DNA from: a virus
IMG/VR virus record: IMGVR_UViG_3300012936_003649
Location: 14,975 to 78,974 of that record
Strand: one strand, 5' to 3'
DNA length: 64,000 nt
Shown here: positions 11,024 to 20,355 of the stretch, one piece after another
Numbering within the stretch: position 1 is the first letter of the stretch
How the letters are laid out: each line of letters begins with the position of its first letter
Made by a program: the position numbers and the translations under genes
The notes under the pieces: model-generated
Seen by the model: the letters and a program-made list of their open reading frames with translations, nothing else
Told to the model about the DNA's origin: nothing
Databases searched by the model: none

Positions 11024-11983
11024 ATGGCCGTTGGTGATTTAATTACCGCAACTAGATATAATAATTTACAAACAAGAGTAGAAAATATTCTTGCTAATGG
11101 ATCTGGTTCGGAAGGATATGGAGAAAGTACAGCAAGTAATCAGGTCTCTGTAGGTAATGATGTCACAGCAACACACCTTAATCAATTATTCACTGATATT
11201 GATAGGATTAGCAGACACCAAACAAATCAAAGCGCCGCTGGTACAATAGCACAAGCGGCAATAGGTGATATTATTGCAGATGAGACAAGTGATAACCCAG
11301 ACGGAGTACTAAAAGGTTTTGCTGATTACGAAAATACTATGACAGTATTAGAAGGCAACCCAAATAGATTTAGATTATCAGCATTACAAAGTACTTCAGG
11401 CACTGACCCTGACACATTAACATTTGGTCCTACACAATGGAGAGATGCATTAAATGGTTATGTTAGAGTAGTGTTTGCTAGTGCAGATGCACGTAGACAC
11501 TATTTTAATGCTGGTGGTATAATTACATTTGTAAGTAGTTTGACAAGCACAGCGTCAGGTGAAAATGTTGCTAAAACAAATGATTGGTCGACTATGCTTT
11601 CTAATGCAGGTACAGTATCTTTTGGTTACAACTATACTTCAACTAGTAATTCAGGAACAGGAAGTGCAATAGGAAACTTTCAATTAACTTCATCTGAACA
11701 ACAACTTTTTAGAAAACCAGGTTCTGGATTGTATGCAGACAATAACTATTACATTAGAGGTAAAGAAGTCAATAGTAGCACAATTGAATTCCGTATTTGG
11801 ATGTCAGATACAGATACAGGAACTGCACCATTTGGACCTAACAATGCTAAAGGATTTGTAGCAGTTGATGAATATGTAGTAGGCAATCTTGTTACTACAG
11901 TTGGTTTTAAAAGAGCCAGCGGTTCTTATGTTGACACACCATTACCTGCAATTAATAGACACTCCAATTTTAGTGGTAGTTAA
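11024..11983 (+). CDS. Putative virion structural protein (paralogue B)
   Basis: MAVGDLITATRYNN...ARRHYFNAGG; tandem duplicate of 10062. Confidence 0.55.
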   Translation: MAVGDLITATRYNNLQTRVENILANGSGSEGYGESTASNQVSVGNDVTATHLNQLFTDIDRISRHQTNQSAAGTIAQAAIGDIIADETSDNPDGVLKGFADYENTMTVLEGNPNRFRLSALQSTSGTDPDTLTFGPTQWRDALNGYVRVVFASADARRHYFNAGGIITFVSSLTSTASGENVAKTNDWSTMLSNAGTVSFGYNYTSTSNSGTGSAIGNFQLTSSEQQLFRKPGSGLYADNNYYIRGKEVNSSTIEFRIWMSDTDTGTAPFGPNNAKGFVAVDEYVVGNLVTTVGFKRASGSYVDTPLPAINRHSNFSGS

Positions 11984-11986
11984 TAC

Positions 11987-12015
11987 TTGACTTTCTGACA
12001 GATTTGTCATATAAT
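11987..12015 (+). promoter_or_regulatory. Sigma70-type promoter TTGACT-N17-TATAAT with palindrome TGACA-gatt-TGTCA in the spacer
   Basis: Read directly; precedes GGAG and ATG 12035, the first gene of the island. Confidence 0.7.
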
Positions 12016-12034
12016 ACTATTATATGGAGAAATT

Positions 12035-12370
12035 ATGGATCAACGTCTCAAAAAAGCATTAGAACATGCAGACTATGTCTCAACATTCAAAAATCAAAAA
12101 CGTATACTACAAGAAAAATACACGAAAGAATCTACAGTATATTATCAAGGCGGACAATTTACTGCAACTAGAGAATTTATTGCAAGTGTTCTAGCAATAA
12201 AATGTGATATTTTTGTAGACAATAATAATACTCCTATAAAAATTACAAACAAAGAAGCGTTTTACAACGAATTAGTCACAGCATACACAACTGCAAATGA
12301 AAATTACTATACAGAGTATCAAAAAATAATTGATAGCGAAAGAACTGTGCAAGGAATATTAAATGTCTAA
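12035..12370 (+). CDS. Hypothetical protein
   Basis: 111 aa ORF with promoter and RBS; overlaps the next gene. Confidence 0.6.
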   Translation: MDQRLKKALEHADYVSTFKNQKRILQEKYTKESTVYYQGGQFTATREFIASVLAIKCDIFVDNNNTPIKITNKEAFYNELVTAYTTANENYYTEYQKIIDSERTVQGILNV

Positions 12371-13151
12371 GGGCATACTTGTACACGCATTCAATAATGA
12401 AGAAATAGATTACGTCAAGCAAGCATGTATGGTTGCAGAACGTGTAAAAAAGTATCTTGATCTTCCTACAAGTGTTATAACTGATTGTAAAGTGCCAAAA
12501 AATGTTTTCGACCATGTAATTGAATTTGACACTCCGCAAAGATACACTAGAAAGTTGTATAATAACGGAAATCACGGAAAACATTTAACCTTTAAAAATA
12601 ATGCAAGAGTTTTAAGTTACGATTTATCACCGTATAAGCAAACACTAATGATTGATAGTGATATAATCATATGTGATGATGTTTATAAAAACTGTTTTGA
12701 ACAAGATAATCCTTTATTGATGTATAAAGATGCATATCATATAGGACAAAATTTAGATTATAGAGAATTTAATAAAATAAGCGATTCAAGTGTAGATTTT
12801 TATTGGGCAACTTGTGTATATTTTGTAAAATGTAAACAAAACAAAATATTTTTTGATTTGCTACAGCATATTGAAGAGCAATGGCGTCATTATAGAATGT
12901 TATATCAAATAGTACAGCGAACATACCGCAATGACTTTGCTTTTAGTATAGGTGCCCACATTATGAATAATCATTCTAAAGGCAACTTTGTCAATCCTAT
13001 GCCAGGAAAACTTTTTTACACTATAGACAAAGACATTACACACGAAATAAAACAAGATAAACTAACTTTTTTAATTGATAATAATCCAATTGCTACAAAA
13101 GGACTTACTGTACATGCTATGAACAAATATAGTTTAGAGGAATTACTATGA
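12363..13151 (+). CDS. GT-A fold glycosyltransferase-like protein
   Basis: YDLSPYKQTLMIDSD (DxD motif after a hydrophobic strand), RNDFAFS, late HAMNK. Confidence 0.6.
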   Translation: MSKGILVHAFNNEEIDYVKQACMVAERVKKYLDLPTSVITDCKVPKNVFDHVIEFDTPQRYTRKLYNNGNHGKHLTFKNNARVLSYDLSPYKQTLMIDSDIIICDDVYKNCFEQDNPLLMYKDAYHIGQNLDYREFNKISDSSVDFYWATCVYFVKCKQNKIFFDLLQHIEEQWRHYRMLYQIVQRTYRNDFAFSIGAHIMNNHSKGNFVNPMPGKLFYTIDKDITHEIKQDKLTFLIDNNPIATKGLTVHAMNKYSLEELL

Positions 13152-13954
13152 AACAAGGTGTATTAATATTTGCACAAAATAACCAAACAGATGATTATGT
13201 AAAACAAGCATACTTGTGTGCAATGAGTGGTATGAAAAACGGAAATATGCATTTTACACTAGTGACTGACAAAGAAGTTGAGGAAAAAATTGCATTTGTA
13301 TTTGATAAGGTTATTTTGTTAAAGCATGACCAAGCAAAAAACAGCGAATGGAAAATAGAAAATAGATGGAAAGCCTATAATCTTTCTCCATATGACGAAA
13401 CAATAGTTGTTGACAGTGATGTTTTATTTTTAGAAAAAATAAATTGGTCTAAATTTAAGGATCAAGAACTTTACTTTACACAAAATCCAATTACATATAG
13501 ACAAGAACCTATTAATGACACTTACTATAGAAAAGTTTTCTCACAAAATTACTTGATTAATATATATGCAGGATTATATTACTTCAAAAAAACAAAACGT
13601 GTAGCAAATTTTTTTGCATTATTGGAAACTGTCATAGAAAATTGGCAAGATTTTTATGAAATATTTTGTAAAAACCATAAACCAAAACATTGTAGTATTG
13701 ATGTTTGTGCCGCTATTGTATTAGAACTTATGGAATATGATAATTTTCAAGATGTTGACTTGATTGATTTTGTACACATGAAATTACACGCACAAAATTG
13801 GGTAGACACAAGTGAACATTGGCAACAGAAAGTTGATTGGTATTTTAATGATGGTTTAAAAATTGGTAATCACCAACAACACGGAGTATTTCATTACACT
13901 GAAAAAGACTTCTGTGACAAAATACTAGCAAGGTATGAAAAGTGTACTGGTTAA
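13148..13954 (+). CDS. GT-A fold glycosyltransferase-like protein (paralogue)
   Basis: YNLSPYDETIVVDSDVLF, FVHMK and FHY motifs; paralogous to 12363. Confidence 0.6.
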   Translation: MKQGVLIFAQNNQTDDYVKQAYLCAMSGMKNGNMHFTLVTDKEVEEKIAFVFDKVILLKHDQAKNSEWKIENRWKAYNLSPYDETIVVDSDVLFLEKINWSKFKDQELYFTQNPITYRQEPINDTYYRKVFSQNYLINIYAGLYYFKKTKRVANFFALLETVIENWQDFYEIFCKNHKPKHCSIDVCAAIVLELMEYDNFQDVDLIDFVHMKLHAQNWVDTSEHWQQKVDWYFNDGLKIGNHQQHGVFHYTEKDFCDKILARYEKCTG

Positions 13955-14469
13955 TATTTGATAAAGATTCTAGTAAAATTATAGGTTTACAAAACTACGC
14001 TCCAGATCATCAATATGCTTTGGAAGTCAACGAAGATTTGTATGTTGATTTTATTGAAAATCCTGATAAAAAAGAAAATTATGTTGTTAAATTTGATTTG
14101 GCAAAAAAGAAATATACATTATTAGAATATGAACAGCCAAAATTTAATTATGATATAAAAGACATAATTTATCATATTCCTAAAAAGGATAACGCAGATT
14201 GTATGATTACAAGAAACACTGAATGGCGTAATTGGAAATTATACGTCAATGTGAAAGAAAAACTTTTGTTAAATCCTAATCAACTATGCAAGTTTAGCGT
14301 AACAAAAGAAAATGATCCTCACTTGCTTATTAGAACATTTGATGCTACGGTAGAGCAAATAGCAAACGGACACATAGTTCAGTTCGAGTATGATGAAGAA
14401 GAAGGTGATGTAAGTATATACACACCAAAGATATTTAATAGTTACGGATATGTAGATGAAGCAATTTAA
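13942..14469 (+). CDS. Hypothetical protein
   Basis: 175 aa ORF overlapping both neighbours. Confidence 0.55.
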   Translation: MYWLIFDKDSSKIIGLQNYAPDHQYALEVNEDLYVDFIENPDKKENYVVKFDLAKKKYTLLEYEQPKFNYDIKDIIYHIPKKDNADCMITRNTEWRNWKLYVNVKEKLLLNPNQLCKFSVTKENDPHLLIRTFDATVEQIANGHIVQFEYDEEEGDVSIYTPKIFNSYGYVDEAI

Positions 14470-17400
14470 AGTTTTAGATTATGACATAATATATTTGTCG
14501 TATGATGAGCCAAATGCAGAAGAAAATTACACTAACTTATTAACAAAAGTTCCGTGGGCAAAACGTATTCATGGTGTAGAAGGATCTGATGCCGCACATA
14601 AGGCATGTGCAGAAATATCTGATACTAAAAGATTTATTACTATTGACGGTGACAACCAAATAGATGAACAATTCTTAAATCAAACAATTAACTTTCAAGA
14701 AGGAGTAGACCTTTCTAGGCATGTTGTAAGTTGGACTGCTGATAATATAATTAATGGATTACGGTATGGCAATGGCGGAATAAAATGTTGGGATAGAGAA
14801 ACAGTCCTAAAAATGAAAACACATGAAAATGCAGATCCTGATAACATTGCGGCAGGTATTGATTTTTGTTGGGACTTAGAATATATCCAAATTAACAGTT
14901 TGATGAGTACAGTTCACAATAATGCTACTCCACATCAAGCATGGCGTGCCGGCTTCCGTGAAGGTGTTAAAATGTGTTTAGTTGAAGGTATAAAACCTGC
15001 GAAAAAAGAACTTATAGGAAATCATTGGAAGAATTTAGAAAGACTATATGTTTGGTGTATGGCAGGAGCAGACGTACCTAACGGACTATGGGCAATATAC
15101 GGAGCCAGAGAAGGCTTACATAAAACAATGTGTACAGATTGGGATTATGTAAATGTACGTGATTTTGAATATCTTAATAATTTATGGAAAGAAAAAATAC
15201 AAACAGAAGATGACTTGTTAGACGCATGTAAAGATTATGGTGAACGTATTCTTGCAGAAATAGAATTACCTATTGCTGTAACGCCCTTAGACGCTCAACA
15301 AAGCGTTTTCTTTAAGAAAACATATCGCAACCCACCAAGACCTGAACATCCTTATATACGTACAAATACAACGCAATTTAACACCTTTTCTTCTAACTTT
15401 ATTCCTACTAAAAAAACAGAATATGATATAGTAATGATATCATATGACGAAGCAAATGCCGATGAAAATTTTAACAAATTAAAAACACGTTTTCCAAGAG
15501 CCCAACGTATACATGGAGTAAAAGGAATACATCAAGCACATATTGCGGCGGCAAATTTATGTTCAACTGAAATGTTTTGGATTGTAGATGGAGATGCTAT
15601 AATAGATGACAATTTTAATTTTGATTATGTCGCTGAAGATAACAGAGCAGTACATGTATGGCGTAGTAAAAATCCTATAAATGATTTAGTGTATGGATAT
15701 GGCGGAGTAAAATTATTTCCTACACAAATGACACGTGATATGGATACAAGCCGTCCTGATATGACTACAAGTATCAGTGACAGATTCAAAAAGATGGAAA
15801 AAATATCTTGCATCACAGGATTTAATACAAGTGAATTTAGTACTTGGCGTAGTGCATTTAGAGAATGTGCTAAATTAGCAAGTAAAGTTATTGACAGACA
15901 AAAGGAGGACGAAACAAATGAAAGACTCAAAACTTGGACAACCGTGGGACACGATAGACCATTTGGGGAATATGCTTTGGCAGGCGCTACCGCTGGTATG
16001 GAGTTTGGCCTTTCTAGGGGGTCTGATCTTCGGCTGATAAATGATTTTAATTGGTTATATGAACAGTTTACTGAAACTACAGATACAACAGAAGAATGGC
16101 AACATATGTATGGCGATAAAACAAACACGCCTGTTTCTGAACCAGTTGATATAGAACCAGTAGAAATACAAGCAGATACCGAATGGAAACAAACAGTACC
16201 TTTCAAAGAGGATGAACCACTTCCTCCTCGTGATAATTTTATTGTAGATTTACTAGATAGATTTGAAATACTTTATGGAGATAAGGTTACTAATCTTAGA
16301 CGATTTTATAATGACGGACACATGTTAGATATATTACGTATAATTGGTAATGAAGATTTACGTAAATTTGTAGAAGAAAGAAACTATCATAGTTTATTTA
16401 GATACCTAGAAGATAAAGGTATTGAAGATATTGAAGATATACGGAAAATGTATATTGAAAAAAATGTTCATAGTTTGTTTAGACTACTTGGTGAAGATCA
16501 TGACGAACTACGCAAAGTTGTTACTGAAGATAATGTCCATAGTTTATTTAGACTGGTTGGTGATGAACATGAAGATTTACGTAAAACAGTAGTTGAAGAA
16601 AATTTACATAGCCTGTTTAGATTGCTTGGAGACAAACATGAAGATCTAAGACAAGTTGTAGTACAAGAAAATATAGCACATCTATTTGATATGTTAGGTC
16701 CTGACTATGAAGATTTACGCAAAGCAATATTTGATAAAAATATCTACAGTCTGTTTAGAGTACTAGGACCAAATCATGATAACATGCGTTCAGCAATGTT
16801 AGATAAAAATTTACACGGATTGTTTAGGGTGTTAGGTAATGAATATGAAGATTTACGTAAAGCAACATTAGAAAAAAACTTCCATGCGTTATTTAGAGTA
16901 TTAGGTGATGAATACGAAGATTTACGTAAAGCAGTTACAGAAAAAAATGTTCATAGTCTATTTAGGCTTATAGATAATAGTGATACTACAGAAGATTTAA
17001 GGAAAGCATTAGTTGAATCTAATGAAATGAGTCTGTTTAGATTAATAGAAGACAAAGACACTTTAGTAGAAGATATTAAGAAAGCAGGACTATTTAAAAA
17101 TATTTGGAGTATAAAAAGATTAGAGCCTAGTGTCACTGACGAAGTTAATCTTACTATGGATAATAACAGGCATGCTTTATGGCGTGTGTTGGAAAAACAT
17201 ACAGGTAGTTTATATGTTAAACCATTAGAAATACTTGATAAGCAAAACATTAATTATGATAAAGATGTTATGAGTCGTGGACAATTAAAAAGTAAAAAAT
17301 GGTTAGTTGAAGAAGTTAAAAAAGTTTGTCCTGATTTAGGAACTGTATTTTTATGTGCAGGCTGGTATAGTAGTGTTGTGCCTATGTTGCAGGAAGCCAA

Positions 17401-17839
17401 AATAGATTTTGAAAAAATAAGAAGTTTTGATATCGATCCTGAGGCATGGAAAATAGCAGAAGTATTCAATTCAGATTTAGTTAGTGATGCATGGAAATTT
17501 AAAGCAACAACACAAGATATAATGGATATAAATTATATTGAACACAGTTATACAACTGAAAGGCTTGACGGCACAACTGCTCCTTTGACAGAAATGCCAC
17601 ACACTATTATCAACACAAGTTGTGAACATATTGATAATTTTTCTAAATGGTATGATTTATTACCAGAAGGCAGATTAATAATATTACAAAGCAACAACTA
17701 TTTTAGCATTGAAGAACATGTAAATTGTTCTAATAGTTTACAAGAGTTTAGTACAAGTGCACCTATGCAAAAAGTTTTATATGAAGGTGAACTTGACTTA
17801 GGTCAATACACGAGGTATATGAAAATTGGACGTAAGTAA
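14456..17839 (+). CDS. Multidomain protein: two GT-A-like domains, 23-aa helical repeat array, C-terminal SAM-dependent methyltransferase-like domain
   Basis: Duplicated domain YDI..[LI]SYDE.NA.EN...RIHGV.G...AH.A.A...[IV]DGD...YG.GG[IV]K...WR..FRE; repeats EDLRK...KN.HSLFR.LG; C-terminal VFLCAGWY...IRSFDIDP...IINTSCEH. Confidence 0.65.
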   Translation: MKQFKVLDYDIIYLSYDEPNAEENYTNLLTKVPWAKRIHGVEGSDAAHKACAEISDTKRFITIDGDNQIDEQFLNQTINFQEGVDLSRHVVSWTADNIINGLRYGNGGIKCWDRETVLKMKTHENADPDNIAAGIDFCWDLEYIQINSLMSTVHNNATPHQAWRAGFREGVKMCLVEGIKPAKKELIGNHWKNLERLYVWCMAGADVPNGLWAIYGAREGLHKTMCTDWDYVNVRDFEYLNNLWKEKIQTEDDLLDACKDYGERILAEIELPIAVTPLDAQQSVFFKKTYRNPPRPEHPYIRTNTTQFNTFSSNFIPTKKTEYDIVMISYDEANADENFNKLKTRFPRAQRIHGVKGIHQAHIAAANLCSTEMFWIVDGDAIIDDNFNFDYVAEDNRAVHVWRSKNPINDLVYGYGGVKLFPTQMTRDMDTSRPDMTTSISDRFKKMEKISCITGFNTSEFSTWRSAFRECAKLASKVIDRQKEDETNERLKTWTTVGHDRPFGEYALAGATAGMEFGLSRGSDLRLINDFNWLYEQFTETTDTTEEWQHMYGDKTNTPVSEPVDIEPVEIQADTEWKQTVPFKEDEPLPPRDNFIVDLLDRFEILYGDKVTNLRRFYNDGHMLDILRIIGNEDLRKFVEERNYHSLFRYLEDKGIEDIEDIRKMYIEKNVHSLFRLLGEDHDELRKVVTEDNVHSLFRLVGDEHEDLRKTVVEENLHSLFRLLGDKHEDLRQVVVQENIAHLFDMLGPDYEDLRKAIFDKNIYSLFRVLGPNHDNMRSAMLDKNLHGLFRVLGNEYEDLRKATLEKNFHALFRVLGDEYEDLRKAVTEKNVHSLFRLIDNSDTTEDLRKALVESNEMSLFRLIEDKDTLVEDIKKAGLFKNIWSIKRLEPSVTDEVNLTMDNNRHALWRVLEKHTGSLYVKPLEILDKQNINYDKDVMSRGQLKSKKWLVEEVKKVCPDLGTVFLCAGWYSSVVPMLQEAKIDFEKIRSFDIDPEAWKIAEVFNSDLVSDAWKFKATTQDIMDINYIEHSYTTERLDGTTAPLTEMPHTIINTSCEHIDNFSKWYDLLPEGRLIILQSNNYFSIEEHVNCSNSLQEFSTSAPMQKVLYEGELDLGQYTRYMKIGRK
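16352..17122 (+). repeat. About 11 in-frame tandem repeats of ~69 nt (23 aa, consensus EDLRKAV.EKNVHSLFRLLGDEH)
   Basis: Counted in the translation; recurrent GAAGATTTACG and CATAGT.T.TTTAG at the DNA level. Confidence 0.9.
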
Positions 17840-18050
17840 ATTAACACTTAGAGAATTACAAACTGAAAGTGCTAGAGCCTTAAGTACTATGGAAGCAACT
17901 AATAATAACATTTATAAGTTCAACAAGCAAGCACATCACAATAGCCAAAATTGGTATGTGGCTGTGATTGAGTGGTATGTAAATACATATGGAGGACTTC
18001 CAAGCCAAGTAGGCCCAGGGAAAGATGTAAAATTAGTATACGATGTATAG
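17826..18050 (+). CDS. Small hypothetical protein (74 aa)
   Basis: Fills the gap with overlaps to both neighbours; GAGG upstream; TTG start. Confidence 0.55.
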   Translation: MDVSKLTLRELQTESARALSTMEATNNNIYKFNKQAHHNSQNWYVAVIEWYVNTYGGLPSQVGPGKDVKLVYDV

Positions 18051-19125
18051 ATACGAAAATATTAAGGAAGTGCATTTAGAAGTTACACAAAGGTGCCAAG
18101 CGGCATGTCCTATGTGTGATCGTAATATGAACGGTGGTGCTGATAATCCTCATATTACAAATGCTGAACTAAGTTTAGAAGATGCAAAACAAATGTTCAA
18201 ACCGGAGTTTATTCAGCAGTTAAATGTTATGTATATGTGCGGCAACCTAGGAGATCCTATTGTTGCAAAAGATACATTAGAAATATTTCAATACTTTAGA
18301 GAACACAATGCTAATATGTGGTTAAGTATGAATACAAATGCAGGTGCAAAAGATATTTACTGGTGGGCAAAACTTGCAGAAGTAATAGGACGCAGAGGTG
18401 CTGTAATTTTTAGTGTAGACGGATTGCGTGACACTAATCATTTGTATAGGCAAAACGTTGTATGGGATAATGTAGAACGTAATATGCAAGCATTTATTGA
18501 TGCTGGCGGCAGAGCCCGTTGGGACTTTTTAATATTTCAACACAACGAACATCAAGTAGAAGAAGCAGAAGCACTTGCAAATCAATGGGGTTGTGAAAAA
18601 TTTATTAAGAAAAAATCAGGTAGATTCATTACAAGTGATATTAAACCAAAGTATGAACACCAAGCAGTAAATCGAAAAGGTGCAGAAACACAAAAATTGG
18701 CTCCGCCTAAAGAAGAAAAGAATAAGAATTTAGCATTACTAAAACAAAAAGAAATAGAAAAATCATACGGAAGTATGAAAGAATATTTAGACAAATGCAA
18801 CATAACTTGTAAGGTTGCTAAACAAGGAAGTATTTTTGTTACAGCCGAAGGATTGTTAATGCCTTGTTGTTGGACCGCTGGACGTATGTACAAATGGTGG
18901 CATGAAGATCCTAAAGTAGAACAAATATGGGATCATATAGATAGTGCTGGTGGAAAAAAAGGCATCAGTCTAATTGACAATGATCTTAAAACAGTAGTCA
19001 ATGGTAGGCTAATACATAGTATTTCATCAAGTTGGAACAAGTCTAGTATTGCAGATGGTAAACTTGGAGTTTGTGCTCAAAAGTGTGGAAGCGAGTTTGA
19101 TCCTTATGCAGAGCAGTTCAAGTAA
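18043..19125 (+). CDS. Radical SAM enzyme with C-terminal twitch/SPASM-like Cys domain
   Basis: CQAACPMC (CxxxCxxC), MCGNLGDP, MNTN, FSVDG; C-terminal C...GSIFVTAEGLLMPCC...CAQKC. Confidence 0.9.
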   Translation: MYRYENIKEVHLEVTQRCQAACPMCDRNMNGGADNPHITNAELSLEDAKQMFKPEFIQQLNVMYMCGNLGDPIVAKDTLEIFQYFREHNANMWLSMNTNAGAKDIYWWAKLAEVIGRRGAVIFSVDGLRDTNHLYRQNVVWDNVERNMQAFIDAGGRARWDFLIFQHNEHQVEEAEALANQWGCEKFIKKKSGRFITSDIKPKYEHQAVNRKGAETQKLAPPKEEKNKNLALLKQKEIEKSYGSMKEYLDKCNITCKVAKQGSIFVTAEGLLMPCCWTAGRMYKWWHEDPKVEQIWDHIDSAGGKKGISLIDNDLKTVVNGRLIHSISSSWNKSSIADGKLGVCAQKCGSEFDPYAEQFK

Positions 19126-20259
19126 TTATTTACTGCTATAATAACAATCTGCATTAAATCCAATAAATTTATCAATACTTTCGTATTTTACTTTTCTTTT
19201 GTAATCAGGACGAGGATTTACAGCCATACCAAATTCAGATGCCATTATACTATGTAACGACACAGCCATTTGATGCATATGTGGTCTAGCATCCTCAGAG
19301 TCTAGACTTGCATTGTTACCTCTACTTTTAAGATTTTTAAAAGTTGAATAATCTTGATTGCCTTCTAAAGTTCTAAGTGCAACTAATTTTAGTTTCGGAC
19401 CTAAATATTCATCTTTAAACAAATCTACACCAAATGATCTAGCCATGATAGCATATCCAAACATACTATTTGCACCTAATGTATGATACCAATAACCCCT
19501 GTTACCTCTAAAACTATTGTTATTAATGTATCCGTCTTTGGTAATTGTTTTAAGCATACTATTTCTACGTATTTTAATTTCCTTATATGCTAAATTTTTA
19601 TCATTTGTCCAATGAGCATATGCAAGAACACCCATTCCACCATCACCCCATTCGTAAAAACCATTGTCGTGTAATGATGCTGAAGCATATGCTTTTACAA
19701 ATTTATTGTATGCTTTCTTAAAGTATTTTGAAAGTATTTGTTGATCGTTTTCAGTCATATGTTCTTTCAAAATTATAGCACTATACATCATAGCCATAAA
19801 TGTAAAACTTGTGTGTTGCGGAGTATGATTATGACACGTAGCATTTTTATCTCCATCCCCCCAACATCCACTATTACCAAACTTTCTAGTAGATAAAAGT
19901 GCTTCTGCTTTTGCAATATAAACAAGGGTAGCAACGACATCTTGTGCTAGACGTTTATTATTTGTTGCCTCGGCTTTATAAGTTTGTCTTAATAGTTCTG
20001 ACCATCTATCTGATAATCCATCATGATTAACAGTTAAACTAGTGTCATTTTCGAATAACTTGTTAGCATTAATTTTAGCAAGGTCTTTCGGAGGCAAACC
20101 TTCTGTTTTTGCTACTACACATTGTTTGCCTTTAATTTGATCTACAAGCAAATCATCCGGAAAATTTATTGGATTTTTGGCATCTAAAGAACCGCTATGA
20201 GCGGTCATACACCCAGTAAGTAGTACTGTTGATAGTATTAAAGGTACAATTTTTTTCAT
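19126..20259 (-). CDS. Lipoprotein with alginate-lyase-like (alpha/alpha toroid) domain
   Basis: Likely start MKKIVPLILSTVLLTGC (lipobox); helical body with I.KDGYI...RGNRGYWYH resembling the polysaccharide-lyase RG...YH motif. Confidence 0.5.
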   Translation of the reverse strand: MKKIVPLILSTVLLTGCMTAHSGSLDAKNPINFPDDLLVDQIKGKQCVVAKTEGLPPKDLAKINANKLFENDTSLTVNHDGLSDRWSELLRQTYKAEATNNKRLAQDVVATLVYIAKAEALLSTRKFGNSGCWGDGDKNATCHNHTPQHTSFTFMAMMYSAIILKEHMTENDQQILSKYFKKAYNKFVKAYASASLHDNGFYEWGDGGMGVLAYAHWTNDKNLAYKEIKIRRNSMLKTITKDGYINNNSFRGNRGYWYHTLGANSMFGYAIMARSFGVDLFKDEYLGPKLKLVALRTLEGNQDYSTFKNLKSRGNNASLDSEDARPHMHQMAVSLHSIMASEFGMAVNPRPDYKRKVKYESIDKFIGFNADCYYSSK

Positions 20260-20270
20260 AAATTTATCCA

Positions 20271-20350
20271 TATAAATAATTAAAACTATAGTTAATTGTA
20301 ACATATAACAGCCAGAAGTCAAGGAAATTGGTAAAATCCACGAATAAGTA
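20271..20350 (+). promoter_or_regulatory. Late-type boxes TATAAATA (20271-20278) and AATAAGTA (20343-20350)
   Basis: Upstream of the radical SAM array; the second box lies 5 nt before ATG 20356. Confidence 0.5.
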
Positions 20351-20355
20351 ATAGT

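Noticed and set aside
16352-17122. Periodic ~69-nt repeats as a CRISPR array
   Set aside because: Repeats are in frame, degenerate at third codon positions and have no unique spacers; this is a protein repeat.
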